A stretch of 64,000 bases of DNA from Verrucomicrobiota bacterium (GTDB taxonomy: Bacteria; Verrucomicrobiota; Verrucomicrobiia; Opitutales; Cerasicoccaceae). This document shows, piece by piece, positions 27,280-37,479 of the stretch. Made by a program: the position numbers and the translations under genes. Under the pieces are notes generated by a model. The model was not told where the DNA came from and did not search any database. It saw nothing but the letters and a program-made list of their open reading frames with translations. The first letter of the stretch is position 1, and every line of letters begins with the position of its first letter. The stretch spans positions 1 to 64,000 of the forward strand of contig JBCBUK010000013.1 of the NCBI GenBank assembly GCA_039818205.1. Reading direction: 5' to 3'.

Positions 27280-28023
27280 ATGCGCATCATTGCTCACCGG
27301 GGCGCCTCCGGAACTGCTCCTGAAAACACTATGGTTGCCATCAATCGAGCCTGGGAATTGGGCGCGGATGGTGTGGAAGTCGATGTCCACCTGACGGCGG
27401 ATAACGTTCCGGTGGTGATTCACGATGCCGATACTCTGCGTGTTTCGGGAAAGAAGCTGGTCGTTGGGCGCAGCACCTACGCGGAGCTGGCCGAGTTGGA
27501 TGTCGGTTCCTGGAAAGGCCCGGAGTTTGCCGGGGAGCGGATCCCGCGATTGGCCGACGTACTTGCATCGATGCCGCCGCGGAAGAATTTTTTTGTGGAG
27601 GTGAAGGACGTGCCTGGAATGGCCCTGGCCCGAGCACTTGATCCGATTTTTCGCGAGAATCCCCAGTTTGTCACGGAGCGCCAGGTCTATTTAATGAGTT
27701 TTTACCCGGACGCCTTGTGGACGGTTGCGACCCGTTTTCCGGATCTCACGCTCCTGCTGCTGGTGGATAATTTGAACCGGATTCCGCGCAAGCTGCCTAA
27801 GCGGTTGCCGGATGACCTCCTCCCCGTGCACGGGATTGGCTTTTCTCACCGGTTGGAATTGGAGGAAAAACGCCGTGAGCAGCTCATCAGTGCGGGGGCT
27901 ATTATGAATGTGTGGACCGTTAATGATCCCGCCGAGATGGAGAAGTGGGAATCCTGGGGATTCGATTTTCTCACCACCGACCACCCGGAATTGTTCGTCG
28001 AACAGCGTGTGGTTGAGTCCTAA
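27280..28023 (+). CDS. Glycerophosphodiester phosphodiesterase
   Basis: 'IIAHRGAS..APENT', 'EVDVHLT.D...VVIHD', 'WTVND'. Confidence 0.92.
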   Translation: MRIIAHRGASGTAPENTMVAINRAWELGADGVEVDVHLTADNVPVVIHDADTLRVSGKKLVVGRSTYAELAELDVGSWKGPEFAGERIPRLADVLASMPPRKNFFVEVKDVPGMALARALDPIFRENPQFVTERQVYLMSFYPDALWTVATRFPDLTLLLLVDNLNRIPRKLPKRLPDDLLPVHGIGFSHRLELEEKRREQLISAGAIMNVWTVNDPAEMEKWESWGFDFLTTDHPELFVEQRVVES

Positions 28024-28032
28024 ACCGCCGGA

Positions 28033-29172
28033 CTAGAGATCGCGGATCGTTTTGTAGTGCCGGGGGACGCGCTTGGTGATCGAGCAAAAGACTTCCCACG
28101 GGATCGAGTCGGACCACTTGGCGAACTCGCCGACCGATATGGAGCTGTTTGCCTGGTGTCCGATCAAGGTGGCGGTGTCGCCAACGGCGGCATCGGCGAG
28201 ATCCGTTACGTCAACGACCGTCTGATCCATCGTGATGCGCCCGAGCACGGGGCAGCGATGACCCCGAATGAGGACCGATGCGCGGTTACTAACCGTAAAC
28301 GGAATGCCATCGCCATAGCCAGCAGTCAGCACCGCGACCTTACTGCGGCGGCGTAGCTTGTGCGATTGGCCGTAGCTAATCGGGACTCCTGATGGGAGTT
28401 CTTTGATTAAGCTGATCTTTGCATGGAAACTGAGCACGGGTTCCACTTGTATACGCCCGAGAAGAGATCCGGAATAGGGTGCGTGGCCGAACTGAAGAAG
28501 ACCCACGCGGACCGCGTTGAACGGGCTATCGGGAGCCAGGGTGTCGAGTCCCGCGCTATTGTCGGCGTGGACCAACAAGCCGTTACCCGCGAGAGCTGGC
28601 AATTTGTCGATGACTGAGAGAAAGCGTTTGCGCTGGAGCAGGGTATACTCGGGGTCGCAGTCGGCGCTCGAAAAATGGGTGTAGACCCCTTCGAGTTGAA
28701 CATGCTTTGCACTGCAAAGCTGGTTGAACAGGGTTTCGACCTCGGTGTGCCAGACGCCGAGGCGACCCATGCCAGTATCAATCTTCAAGTGGGCGCGGAT
28801 GGGGCGTTTGGCTTTCTTGCCGACCTTCTCTAGCCGTGCGATCTCTTCGGCTGTTGATATGGTAGCGATCAAATCATAGTCGAGCAGGTGCGCCTCTTCA
28901 CCCGGCAAGACCGCGCCAAGGATCAGGATGGGCCAACCGGCGCCTATCTCGCGAAGCTCAGCGGCCTCGAATACATTGGCGACTCCAAAGGCATCCGCTC
29001 CACTTTGCATGAGTCGGGCCACCGTTTGCGGCATGCCGTGCCCATAGGCGTCGGCCTTTACGATCGCCATGTAGCAGATGTGCTGCGGGAGCGCGGCTCG
29101 GATCTTGCCGAGGTTGCGTTCAAGCGCGGCCAGATCTATTTCTGCCCAGCAACGATGGGTTGAGCCGTTCAT
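28033..29172 (-). CDS. alr: Alanine racemase
   Basis: 'IVKADAYGHG', 'HLKIDTGMGRLG', 'GYGDG', 'GRITMDQ'. Confidence 0.97.
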   Translation of the reverse strand: MNGSTHRCWAEIDLAALERNLGKIRAALPQHICYMAIVKADAYGHGMPQTVARLMQSGADAFGVANVFEAAELREIGAGWPILILGAVLPGEEAHLLDYDLIATISTAEEIARLEKVGKKAKRPIRAHLKIDTGMGRLGVWHTEVETLFNQLCSAKHVQLEGVYTHFSSADCDPEYTLLQRKRFLSVIDKLPALAGNGLLVHADNSAGLDTLAPDSPFNAVRVGLLQFGHAPYSGSLLGRIQVEPVLSFHAKISLIKELPSGVPISYGQSHKLRRRSKVAVLTAGYGDGIPFTVSNRASVLIRGHRCPVLGRITMDQTVVDVTDLADAAVGDTATLIGHQANSSISVGEFAKWSDSIPWEVFCSITKRVPRHYKTIRDL

Positions 29173-29243
29173 GCTAAAGGTCTGATTTCAAAGTCGTAGA
29201 GATTCAAGACGGAAATCGATTGCGGGAACGCGATTGGGCGGCA

Positions 29244-29900
29244 TCAGCCTTGGTGTGGCTTCGCATCCCATTTTGCAAAGGTGGCTTCCTCGACAACGTA
29301 GACGCCGGGCTCCTCACTTGGCTTGAGTAGGCCCGGCAGATTCAGGGTTGCTGCGTGATCTTGCATCGTGGGTCGCCATTCGATGGCGTGCGATGGCGGC
29401 TCCTGCCAAGCTTTGCGTTGGCGCAAGTAGATCAGTGGTTCGGGTAAATCGGCCAACGCCTCACTTTCAGCCGCTCGGATCGTGTCGGCTCCCGCCGGGA
29501 GCAAATTCCAGCGACCGTGCCGGAACTCTGAAATTACGGTTGGCTGGATCCCGCTGTTTTCCAAAGCCCATGCCCCGGCGGCAAAGTGGAGACCGCCGTA
29601 AACCCATACCGGAGCATTTTTCCAAGCGGGTAGTGCACGCCAGGTTCGAATTGCCATAGCCGATAGGCGGATGCCGAGAATGGACCCCGGGCCCTGGTTG
29701 TGAGCAAAGCCTTGAATATCTTGCAGGGAAAGATTTGCATCGCAAAGGCATTGGTCGACCCCAACAAATAATCCCTCGAGTGCTGCGGCATTGGGGGCGG
29801 CGGTTGCCAACCATTGTCCGGATTGCCAGATGCCAACAAAGCAGCTAGGTGATGCGGCATCGATCACCAGCAATGGCACGTTGGGTAAAGGCGGGGACAT
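29244..29900 (-). CDS. tsaB: tRNA t6A biosynthesis protein TsaB-like
   Basis: 'LLVIDAAS', 'GPGSILGIRL' (variant of GPGSFTGxR). Confidence 0.75.
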   Translation of the reverse strand: MSPPLPNVPLLVIDAASPSCFVGIWQSGQWLATAAPNAAALEGLFVGVDQCLCDANLSLQDIQGFAHNQGPGSILGIRLSAMAIRTWRALPAWKNAPVWVYGGLHFAAGAWALENSGIQPTVISEFRHGRWNLLPAGADTIRAAESEALADLPEPLIYLRQRKAWQEPPSHAIEWRPTMQDHAATLNLPGLLKPSEEPGVYVVEEATFAKWDAKPHQG

Positions 29901-29906
29901 CGTCGT

Positions 29907-30194
29907 TTAGCGAACTTCAATCCAGTCTTCACGGAACAGGCGTTCCAAATCGTCTTGAGCCAGGGCGATCCAGAGTTGCAATGCCTTTGAAAGGTCCTTC
30001 CCGGCGAGTTCGCGAACGGGCTCATCGGGGGCATCGGCTTCAAGCTGTAGGAGACCGCTGCGAAATACCGAGAGGCACCAGCCACTTTCAAGGTGCGTGA
30101 GCCAAACGTCAGGGGCTGATTCATCACCTTCCTCATCCTGTAATGATATCAGGATCTCCCGCATCCGTTCAGGACTCGGATTCAATTCGGTCAA
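29907..30194 (-). CDS. Hypothetical protein
   Basis: 95-aa ORF filling the gap between trkH and tsaB; start uncertain. Confidence 0.55.
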   Translation of the reverse strand: MTELNPSPERMREILISLQDEEGDESAPDVWLTHLESGWCLSVFRSGLLQLEADAPDEPVRELAGKDLSKALQLWIALAQDDLERLFREDWIEVR

Positions 30195-30239
30195 GCCGTT
30201 GCGGTCGGTTGTGTGGTGAATAGCGGAGACTGGTTGTGG

Positions 30240-31715
30240 TTAACTGAAGCGGCGCCAGAGTGCCGGAGCAAAAAGAACCAAAATTGCGTACAGTTCCAGG
30301 CGACCCATAATCATGAGTAGACTGAAGAATAGCTTCGTTGGTTCACGATAGAATCCATAATTACCCGTTGGGCCGACTTGTTCAAGACCGGGACCCACAT
30401 TAAAGAGCGTTCCAATAATGGAACTGATTTGGGTTTGGAATGCAATGTTGTGTTCCAGCAGGGCAAGAATCAGCAGACCCGCAAAAAAGCTGAGCCCCAG
30501 CAGAAGCAGGTAGGTGGTGACGTTGTCCTGGTCGTCCTTGTCGAGTACCTTGCCGTTGATGTGCAGGGGGCGCACAACCCGGGATCGGTAGGCCTTCTCG
30601 ATTTGAAGGCGGCAGACCTTAAAGCCGATCACAAAGCGGACCACTTTTGAGCCGCCAGCCGTCGAGCCAGAGCAGCCACCGATCACCATAAGCAGCATGA
30701 GGATGACGTGAGCCTCCGGTAGCCATTGTTGATAATCGGCGGTCGAATATCCCGTGGAGGTCATCAGCGAGACGACTTGAAATGCTGCCGCCCGCAACGA
30801 TGCTTCCCAGTCTTCGGTTTGGCCGAGTTCCAAGAGAAGCATCGCGGTGATGATCATCGTCGAGACGAATAGAATGCCAAGATAGGCAATTAGCTCGGTG
30901 TTCGTCCGAATGGTGCGAAAACGGCCGTGAAGAATTCGCAGCAAGACAAAGAAACTGGTGCCGCCCAGTATCATAAAAAGAATACACGCCCATTGAATCC
31001 AGGGACTTTGGAAGGCCGCCATGCTCGAGTTGTAAGTACCAAATCCCCCGGTGGCGATTGTGGTGAACATGTGGCAAATCGCGTCATACCAATCCATGCC
31101 CAATGCACGATAGGTCAGCGCACAAGCGGCAGAGAGGCCTAAATACAAATACAGAATCTGCAGAACGCCTTGTTGGATCTTGCCCGATTCCATGTCAGTC
31201 GATGCCGCGCTGGATTCATTTGTGTAGAGGATCTTTGCGCCGGCGCCGAGAAAGGAAAGAATCGCCACAAAGAAGACGACAACGCCCAGGCCGCCGATCC
31301 ATTGGCTCAGGCATCGCCAGAACATCAGGCTCTTGGGTAGCTCGTTGAGGTCTCCGAACACCGAGGCGCCGGTGGTCGTGAGTCCGGAGGTGGACTCAAA
31401 TACACTGTCGCCGAAGGTGCTGTCGGGCAGGATCAAGTAATAGGGTAGGGCGCCAACGAGACTGGCAATGATCCATCCGATGCCGATGGTTGCCAGAGCT
31501 TCTTTGCGAAACATCTTTGGTGTCGCGTTGCGGCCGAGGTAGGCCATAGCGATCGATAAAATTGCGGCAATGGCAACACTGGTCAGCCACTCTTCGCGGG
31601 CGAGTTTATCCGTCTCCCCATAAAAAGCCTCACCCACAATGAAGCTTGCGAGGAAGGCAATGGCCACCGTCGAGAGAATGACGCTGAGCAACTTGAAGAT
31701 GATCGGATAGTTCAC
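30240..31715 (-). CDS. trkH: Trk potassium uptake membrane protein
   Basis: 'FESTSGLTTTGAS', 'QWIGGLG', 'GCSGSTAGG', 'NVGPG', 'GRLE'. Confidence 0.95.
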   Translation of the reverse strand: MNYPIIFKLLSVILSTVAIAFLASFIVGEAFYGETDKLAREEWLTSVAIAAILSIAMAYLGRNATPKMFRKEALATIGIGWIIASLVGALPYYLILPDSTFGDSVFESTSGLTTTGASVFGDLNELPKSLMFWRCLSQWIGGLGVVVFFVAILSFLGAGAKILYTNESSAASTDMESGKIQQGVLQILYLYLGLSAACALTYRALGMDWYDAICHMFTTIATGGFGTYNSSMAAFQSPWIQWACILFMILGGTSFFVLLRILHGRFRTIRTNTELIAYLGILFVSTMIITAMLLLELGQTEDWEASLRAAAFQVVSLMTSTGYSTADYQQWLPEAHVILMLLMVIGGCSGSTAGGSKVVRFVIGFKVCRLQIEKAYRSRVVRPLHINGKVLDKDDQDNVTTYLLLLGLSFFAGLLILALLEHNIAFQTQISSIIGTLFNVGPGLEQVGPTGNYGFYREPTKLFFSLLMIMGRLELYAILVLFAPALWRRFS

Positions 31716-33061
31716 GTCAACAGCTTCAGCAGTTCATGCTCTCGATCTTCGCGAACGACCACCACGAGGCGATCTCCGGAAAGAATCTTATCGTCTGCCC
31801 CAGGCACCTTGGCTTGGAACTTGTGCAAGAGAACCACGATAACCGCGCCCTTGGGGAAGGAGATCTCCTTGATCTGCCGATTGATGACCGGACTTCTATC
31901 CGATACCCGGATTTCCAAAATTTTCGCGCGGCCTTCGGGGAGCGATGCCAGCTCGGTAAAGGCATCGGTGGAGATATATCGCATGATCTCGGACACGGTT
32001 GCTTGACGTGGTGCGACAGCCAGCTCCACGCCCAAGGTCAGCCGTAGCTGATCGAGGATCTCCTCGTAGTCTGGTTTGTTGATGACCAATTGAACGTGGG
32101 CGGCCCCGAGTTGCCGCGCCTGTAGGCAGGTCATGATGTTGTCTTCGTCGTCCTTGGTGCAGGCCACGAAGTAGTCCGCCGAGCCGATTTGCTCCTCTTC
32201 CATCAGCCGAAGTGAGGTGGCGCTTCCGTTGATAACCGTTACGTGTGGAAAACGCTCCGCTAGTTTTTGGCACAGCTTGGGATCATGTTCGATGAGGCGA
32301 ATCTTAAACCGAGGATTCTTCAGGAGGCGGATCAGGGCGATTGCCGTTTCAGAACCGCCGAAGAGAACGATGCGCAAAAGGTCGGTTTTCTTCTCTGGCG
32401 CTAGATAGCCTTTGGTGTGCTGGAGTTGCTCGGGCGGTCCCACGAGCGTCACGCATTGTTCGGCTCGGATCACGCTATCAGCGGTGGGAACTTCCGAGCT
32501 ATCACCATCTTGAATCAAGGCGATCCGTACCCCCGCAGGCAGGCGAATGTCTTTCAAGGTCTTTTCGGTCGATTTCGAGCGGGCGCTCACGCGAATTTGT
32601 TGAACCTCGATCTCTCCCCGGGCGAAGTTTTCAACGGCGACTCGGCTTGGATTGCGAATTGATTTTGCTAGCTCGACCGCTGAGAGAGCTTCCGGATTGA
32701 GCAGGAAATCGATGCCAAAGTGAATCTGGTAGTTTACGATCGAGTTGTCCGAATAGGTTTGGTCGTGAATCCGAGCGATCGTGGTCTTTGCTCCGAGCGC
32801 TTTGGCCAGCGAGCATGAAATCAGGTTCGTGCGGTCATCGCTGGTCATCGCCAGAAAGAAGTCCGATTCTCCCGCGCCGCTGCGTTGCAACACTTCGGCC
32901 GAGGCGCCGTGATCTTCGACAACCCGCACGTCGAGAGACTCGTCGACTTCTTGCGCAATTTTGGGAGCCGATTCGATTACGGTGACGTCGTGCCCTTCCT
33001 CGCTCAGTTTCTCACAGAGGAATCGCCCGACCTCGCCGGCTCCAACAACAACAATTTTCAT
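31712..33061 (-). CDS. trkA: Trk potassium uptake NAD-binding subunit
   Basis: 'IVVVGAGEVG', two RCK_N/RCK_C pairs. Confidence 0.95.
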   Translation of the reverse strand: MKIVVVGAGEVGRFLCEKLSEEGHDVTVIESAPKIAQEVDESLDVRVVEDHGASAEVLQRSGAGESDFFLAMTSDDRTNLISCSLAKALGAKTTIARIHDQTYSDNSIVNYQIHFGIDFLLNPEALSAVELAKSIRNPSRVAVENFARGEIEVQQIRVSARSKSTEKTLKDIRLPAGVRIALIQDGDSSEVPTADSVIRAEQCVTLVGPPEQLQHTKGYLAPEKKTDLLRIVLFGGSETAIALIRLLKNPRFKIRLIEHDPKLCQKLAERFPHVTVINGSATSLRLMEEEQIGSADYFVACTKDDEDNIMTCLQARQLGAAHVQLVINKPDYEEILDQLRLTLGVELAVAPRQATVSEIMRYISTDAFTELASLPEGRAKILEIRVSDRSPVINRQIKEISFPKGAVIVVLLHKFQAKVPGADDKILSGDRLVVVVREDREHELLKLLT

Positions 33062-33222
33062 AGCGGCAAATGGATGACCACAGGATGCATCTCCCCACTA
33101 ATTTTCGCTCAAATTAGAGTGGGTATTCAGTCCCCGTTGTTTGGGCGCTTGATCGCGCAGTTGACAAATCGAATGGCATAAAAGAGGGAATTGTCGCAAC
33201 TCAGTTGCCTGAAGGGAAGCCT

Positions 33223-34164
33223 TTATTCGTAGGCTCGTTCGACGGAAAATCCGGCCCTTTTCAAGAGATTGATCACACCGTCGGTCCCGTAGAGGTGGGC
33301 GGCGCCAACGGCGAAGAAAATGCTTTCATCGGGGTATTTGCTAATCTCGTCGCTGATGCGGTCAGCCATCAGAAAATTACGGTTGTCGAGCAGCAGGCGC
33401 TCAAACTTTTGCTGAAGCTTGGTGTTTTCGTCCGCGTAGGTAACCATCAACTCTTGTAGCACATCTAGGTCTCCGGTGCGGTAGGCGTCCACCAGCACAT
33501 CGGTGTAATTAGTGCCGGATTCTCGCAGCTCCTTCATCGTTTCTAGCAGGGAATCAAATAGCTCGATCTGCTCCTGCCGCGAAAATGCCTCAAAGACCGC
33601 GAGCTGCTCTTCCGGTGTCTCGAGGGCTCCGACCCGCTTGCCCCGATCTTCCGCGATTGTGTAGAGCGCCATGTCCATCGCTTTGATGCCAGGATTGTTC
33701 AACTGCGTTTCCAGCAGCATGAGGGTCGCCGCGGCGGCCCAGACTTTGAACTGGAGGAACGGCGTTGGGTCGAGCGCGGGATTGATCTGTTTGAGTTCCT
33801 CGTCAAAGCGCTTCATGGTGCGAGATGGAAGGATGTTCTCGAGGGAATCTTCCGGGGGTAGCATCATCGCAGTGGCAGCGGTCGCCATGACTGCTGGGTC
33901 CATTGGAATCTCAGTGTAGACTGCATCGGACGCATTGAAGGCGTTCTGGACATCCTGACCAACGCGGGCAACACGGGCATCCGGCAAGTGGATAGTGCCG
34001 AATAGGTAGCTGGTGGGGGTGTTGGCCTTTTTTATCGTGAACAGGTAGGATCGACCTTGGTTGGCGTCCGAGCTTTGAGCTTTGAGACTAGCCGTACAGA
34101 GACCGAGCGCCAACAGCATGGGCCCGGCCCAGCGTATCCAGGACTGTGGTTTCAGGAAATACAT
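33223..34164 (-). CDS. TraB/GumN family exported protein
   Basis: Signal peptide, 'SYLFGTIH', 'ALETPEEQ', 'RN..MADRI', 'FFAVGAAHL'. Confidence 0.9.
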   Translation of the reverse strand: MYFLKPQSWIRWAGPMLLALGLCTASLKAQSSDANQGRSYLFTIKKANTPTSYLFGTIHLPDARVARVGQDVQNAFNASDAVYTEIPMDPAVMATAATAMMLPPEDSLENILPSRTMKRFDEELKQINPALDPTPFLQFKVWAAAATLMLLETQLNNPGIKAMDMALYTIAEDRGKRVGALETPEEQLAVFEAFSRQEQIELFDSLLETMKELRESGTNYTDVLVDAYRTGDLDVLQELMVTYADENTKLQQKFERLLLDNRNFLMADRISDEISKYPDESIFFAVGAAHLYGTDGVINLLKRAGFSVERAYE

Positions 34165-34283
34165 GAGGAAGATATTGAAGGACGATCTGGATAAGTCCAG
34201 ACGAGACAACGCCGCCGCCAGGAGGCCAAATTGGGCAAAAAAAAGGTTTCCTGGACCCCGAAAATCGGATGATCATGGTCGCC

Positions 34284-35690
34284 ATGGCAAATTCTGACAA
34301 ACAGGCGACTTGGGGTGGACGGTTTTCCGAAGGCCCAGCAGAGCTCATGCAGCGCTTCGGCGAAAGTGTTTCGTTTGACGCTCGCTTGGCGCCCTTTGAT
34401 GTCCAGGGGAGCAAGGCCCACGCGGCCATGCTCGCCAAGGTCGGGATTATCACCGAGGCCGAGCGGGAGGAGATTCACAGTGGCCTGGACGAGGTCTTGG
34501 CCGAGATCGTCGCTGACGATTTTAACTGGGACATCGCTTTCGAAGATGTGCACATGAATATTGAGCAGGCCTTGACGCGGCGCGCACCGGCCGCGGCCAA
34601 GCTCCACACGGCGCGCAGTCGGAACGATCAGGTCGCGACCGATATGCGCCTCTTCTTTAAGCACGCCTGCGTAGAGATCCAATTGCGACTGAGCAAAGCG
34701 ATTGATGCCCTGTTGACTTTGGCTGAAGCAAATCAGGAGGTCTACATACCAGGCTACACTCACCTGCAGCGTGCCCAACCGGTTTCGGTTGCCCACCATT
34801 TATTGGCCTACGTGGAGATGTTTGGACGCGACCACGAGCGTATTGCCGAAGTCGCTGACCGGGCGAATTGGTGCCCACTTGGCTCCGGCGCGATTGCGGG
34901 AACGACTTTGCCGATCGATCGCGAGTTCACCGCAAAGGCGCTCGGTTTTGTCGACGCCGACGGAAACCCTCGGGTCACCCGCAATAGCATGGATGCGGTT
35001 TCGGATCGGGATCTGTTTATTGAGTTCGCCAGTGCTTGCGCTCTGTGCGGGGTTCACTGGTCACGCCTGGCTGAGGACGTGATTCTGTGGAACAGCGCCG
35101 AGTTTGGCTTCATCGCCCTGCCGGATAGCTTTACGACCGGCTCTTCGCTGATGCCGCAGAAAAAGAACCCGGACAGCTTTGAGTTGCTACGAGGCAAGGC
35201 AGCGCGCCTGCAAGGCCACGTAACCGCGCTGATGGCCATGGTGAAGGGGTTGCCGCTGACTTACAACCGCGACCTCCAAGAGGACAAGCCACCGGTTTTT
35301 GATGCCTACGATCAAACCCTGATCTGCCTCGACGTGGTGGCTGGTTCGCTCGATGGGGCGACCTTCAATGTGGCAAACTGCGCGAAAGCGGTGGGTGATC
35401 CTGCGCTCCTGGCAACGGACCTCGTGGATTACCTGGTGGTGCGTGGGGTTCCATTTCGTGATGCGCACCACGTCATTGGCGCGTTGGTTGGGCTTGCGGA
35501 AAAGAAAGACGTGCCGCTCGATCAATTGACCATCGATGATGTGCAGGGGGTCAACGCGGTGTTCGATACCGATTGGGTCGAGGTCTTTGACGTGCGCCGT
35601 GGCCTCCAGAATCGCGAGCGCACCGGTATGCCCGGGCCGAACCAAGTCGCCGCTCAGCTCGCCGCCTGGCGCGCGAAGATGGGCGGGTAG
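34284..35690 (+). CDS. argH: Argininosuccinate lyase
   Basis: 'WGGRF', 'HTARSRNDQ', 'GYTHLQRAQ', '[12 protein letters not shown]'. Confidence 0.98.
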   Translation: MANSDKQATWGGRFSEGPAELMQRFGESVSFDARLAPFDVQGSKAHAAMLAKVGIITEAEREEIHSGLDEVLAEIVADDFNWDIAFEDVHMNIEQALTRRAPAAAKLHTARSRNDQVATDMRLFFKHACVEIQLRLSKAIDALLTLAEANQEVYIPGYTHLQRAQPVSVAHHLLAYVEMFGRDHERIAEVADRANWCPLGSGAIAGTTLPIDREFTAKALGFVDADGNPRVTRNSMDAVSDRDLFIEFASACALCGVHWSRLAEDVILWNSAEFGFIALPDSFTTGSSLMPQKKNPDSFELLRGKAARLQGHVTALMAMVKGLPLTYNRDLQEDKPPVFDAYDQTLICLDVVAGSLDGATFNVANCAKAVGDPALLATDLVDYLVVRGVPFRDAHHVIGALVGLAEKKDVPLDQLTIDDVQGVNAVFDTDWVEVFDVRRGLQNRERTGMPGPNQVAAQLAAWRAKMGG

Positions 35691-35723
35691 AGCATTAGAT
35701 TGAACTAGCTATTGAATAGCATC

Positions 35724-35948
35724 ATGAGAGCGATTTTTCACATGGTTCTGTTCACGTTATTTGGTGGAGTGTGGGTCAGTTTCATTTGGTTCATTTTTGG
35801 TCCAGGTGAAGCAAGTATTTTCGAGATATCTGATCAGGGTGATTTAGCAGTGTCCAATCAGTTTTATTATGCATCCTCCCTTGGCGGTGCCTGTGGCTTC
35901 ATTTTGTATTTCCACTCTAAGGGTTCTTTATCCATGCTGCCTGAGTAG
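35724..35948 (+). CDS. Small hypothetical membrane protein
   Basis: Two hydrophobic segments; AT-rich; weak support. Confidence 0.35.
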   Translation: MRAIFHMVLFTLFGGVWVSFIWFIFGPGEASIFEISDQGDLAVSNQFYYASSLGGACGFILYFHSKGSLSMLPE

Positions 35949-36032
35949 GAATCGTCAGATTGGCATTTGCCCGTGGTCATCGGCGAGATTTAGACTGCTC
36001 TCGCTGCTACCGTGGAGGTGATATTCACCTGC

Positions 36033-36302
36033 ATGAATTTGAGCGACGACCTGCCGCCCCGATGGATCATTATCAAGGGCGGATTGTTTGCACTCATTCT
36101 GCTGATTGCATCTGTGTTGGTGGTGATTGATCAACGGATGTGGATACGGGCGTTTCTGGTGCTAATCGTCATCTGGAGTTCGGCGCGCCTCTACTACTTC
36201 TGTTTCTACGTGATTGAGAAATATGTCGACGGCGACTACAAGTTTGCCGGCGTTTGGTCAGCGATTCGATTCTTGTGGCGCAAGCGTCGCAAAAAGTCCT
36301 AG
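36033..36302 (+). CDS. Small membrane protein
   Basis: 'ARLYYFCFYVIEKYVD..YKFAG' after two TM helices. Confidence 0.7.
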   Translation: MNLSDDLPPRWIIIKGGLFALILLIASVLVVIDQRMWIRAFLVLIVIWSSARLYYFCFYVIEKYVDGDYKFAGVWSAIRFLWRKRRKKS

Positions 36303-36646
36303 CCGAGCATGTCGCCCTTCCATCCCCACATGGAGCGTTGGACGTCGTTGAATTTCACGTAAATGCGTTCCTTGGGAATGTCGGCAACGGATTCCACCAG
36401 ATCACAGAGATCGCGGCAGATATCCTTGGTTTTGTCGCCAGAGATGCCGATGGATTTAATTTCAAGAAATGCTGTGGGGCCGTGTTCGCCACCGAAGATC
36501 ATGGGCACGTCGGTCTTGATCGAAACCATCATGAACTCCTCGCTTTTGCCGAGGCCTTCGGAAACGATTTTTGAACTTTGCAGGAGCAACTTATTTTGAG
36601 CGTCCTGGTCGAGCAACTGATTGGTCTGGAGGTTTAAATGAGGCAT
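36299..36646 (-). CDS. MIF/phenylpyruvate tautomerase family protein
   Basis: Starts M-P (catalytic Pro1), 'LGKSEEFMMV', 'EIKSIG', 'RIYVKFND..MWGWKG'. Confidence 0.9.
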   Translation of the reverse strand: MPHLNLQTNQLLDQDAQNKLLLQSSKIVSEGLGKSEEFMMVSIKTDVPMIFGGEHGPTAFLEIKSIGISGDKTKDICRDLCDLVESVADIPKERIYVKFNDVQRSMWGWKGDMLG

Positions 36647-36759
36647 AATTAACAGGTTAAGGAAGTCTTCTAGCGTTGTCGAGCCCGCGCGAGGGGCTCC
36701 GAATTGGCTTGTCAATAATAGGATCTCGGTTAACATCTTCGTAGAAACCAAGAAACCCA

Positions 36760-37479
36760 ATGTCCGATACACATCTATTTGAAAAGTGCCGGGCTTATTT
36801 AACGAGTTCAACGCGACCTGGCGAAGCGGTTAATGACCACCTGCCACGTGCCGCAATTACTTTGTCTCGACAAGTAGGCGCCCGGGGAACGACCGTCGGT
36901 CAGCATCTCGTGGAGTTGCTCAATGACCAACAACCCACGCCCGACCCTCTCTGGACTCTGTTCGACAAGAACCTAATCCGGCGAGTGCTCGATGACCATC
37001 ATTTGCCGGGCTACCTCGAGCGCTTTATGACGGAGAGTCGAGTCAGCGAGCTGCAGTCTACGATTAATGAAATAGTCGGCCTGCATCCCTCTCTGTGGGA
37101 TTTGCACGAAAAGATGGGTGACACGGTCGTCCGTCTTTTGACGCGCGGTCACTCGATCATCGTGGGTCGGGGCGCGTGTGTTGTGGGGGCCGGTTTGCGC
37201 AACGTGCTCAACGTTCGTTTAATCGGGTCCACGAAACATCGCTTGATGCACATCCAGCATAAGTTCTCGCTCACAACCAATGAAGCCGCAGCGCGCTTGC
37301 GCGAAGACGATCGTAATCGCCACGATTACTTCAAGGCGCACTTTGGGCGCGAGATCGATGATCCGGAACTGTATCATCTGGTGCTCAATACCGACGATTT
37401 AGCAGACGAGGAAATCGCTGGTTTCCTGGCCGATGCCGCTATGCGCCACGCCCGCGCAAAGTTCGATATCGTTGTTTAA
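36760..37479 (+). CDS. Cytidylate kinase-like family protein
   Basis: 'ITLSRQVGARG', 'IIVGRG', 'DPELYHLVLNT'. Confidence 0.85.
   Translation: MSDTHLFEKCRAYLTSSTRPGEAVNDHLPRAAITLSRQVGARGTTVGQHLVELLNDQQPTPDPLWTLFDKNLIRRVLDDHHLPGYLERFMTESRVSELQSTINEIVGLHPSLWDLHEKMGDTVVRLLTRGHSIIVGRGACVVGAGLRNVLNVRLIGSTKHRLMHIQHKFSLTTNEAAARLREDDRNRHDYFKAHFGREIDDPELYHLVLNTDDLADEEIAGFLADAAMRHARAKFDIVV

Noticed and set aside
33223..34164. TraB as evidence of conjugation
   Set aside because: TraB/GumN is a metalloprotease-like family; no conjugation genes are nearby.
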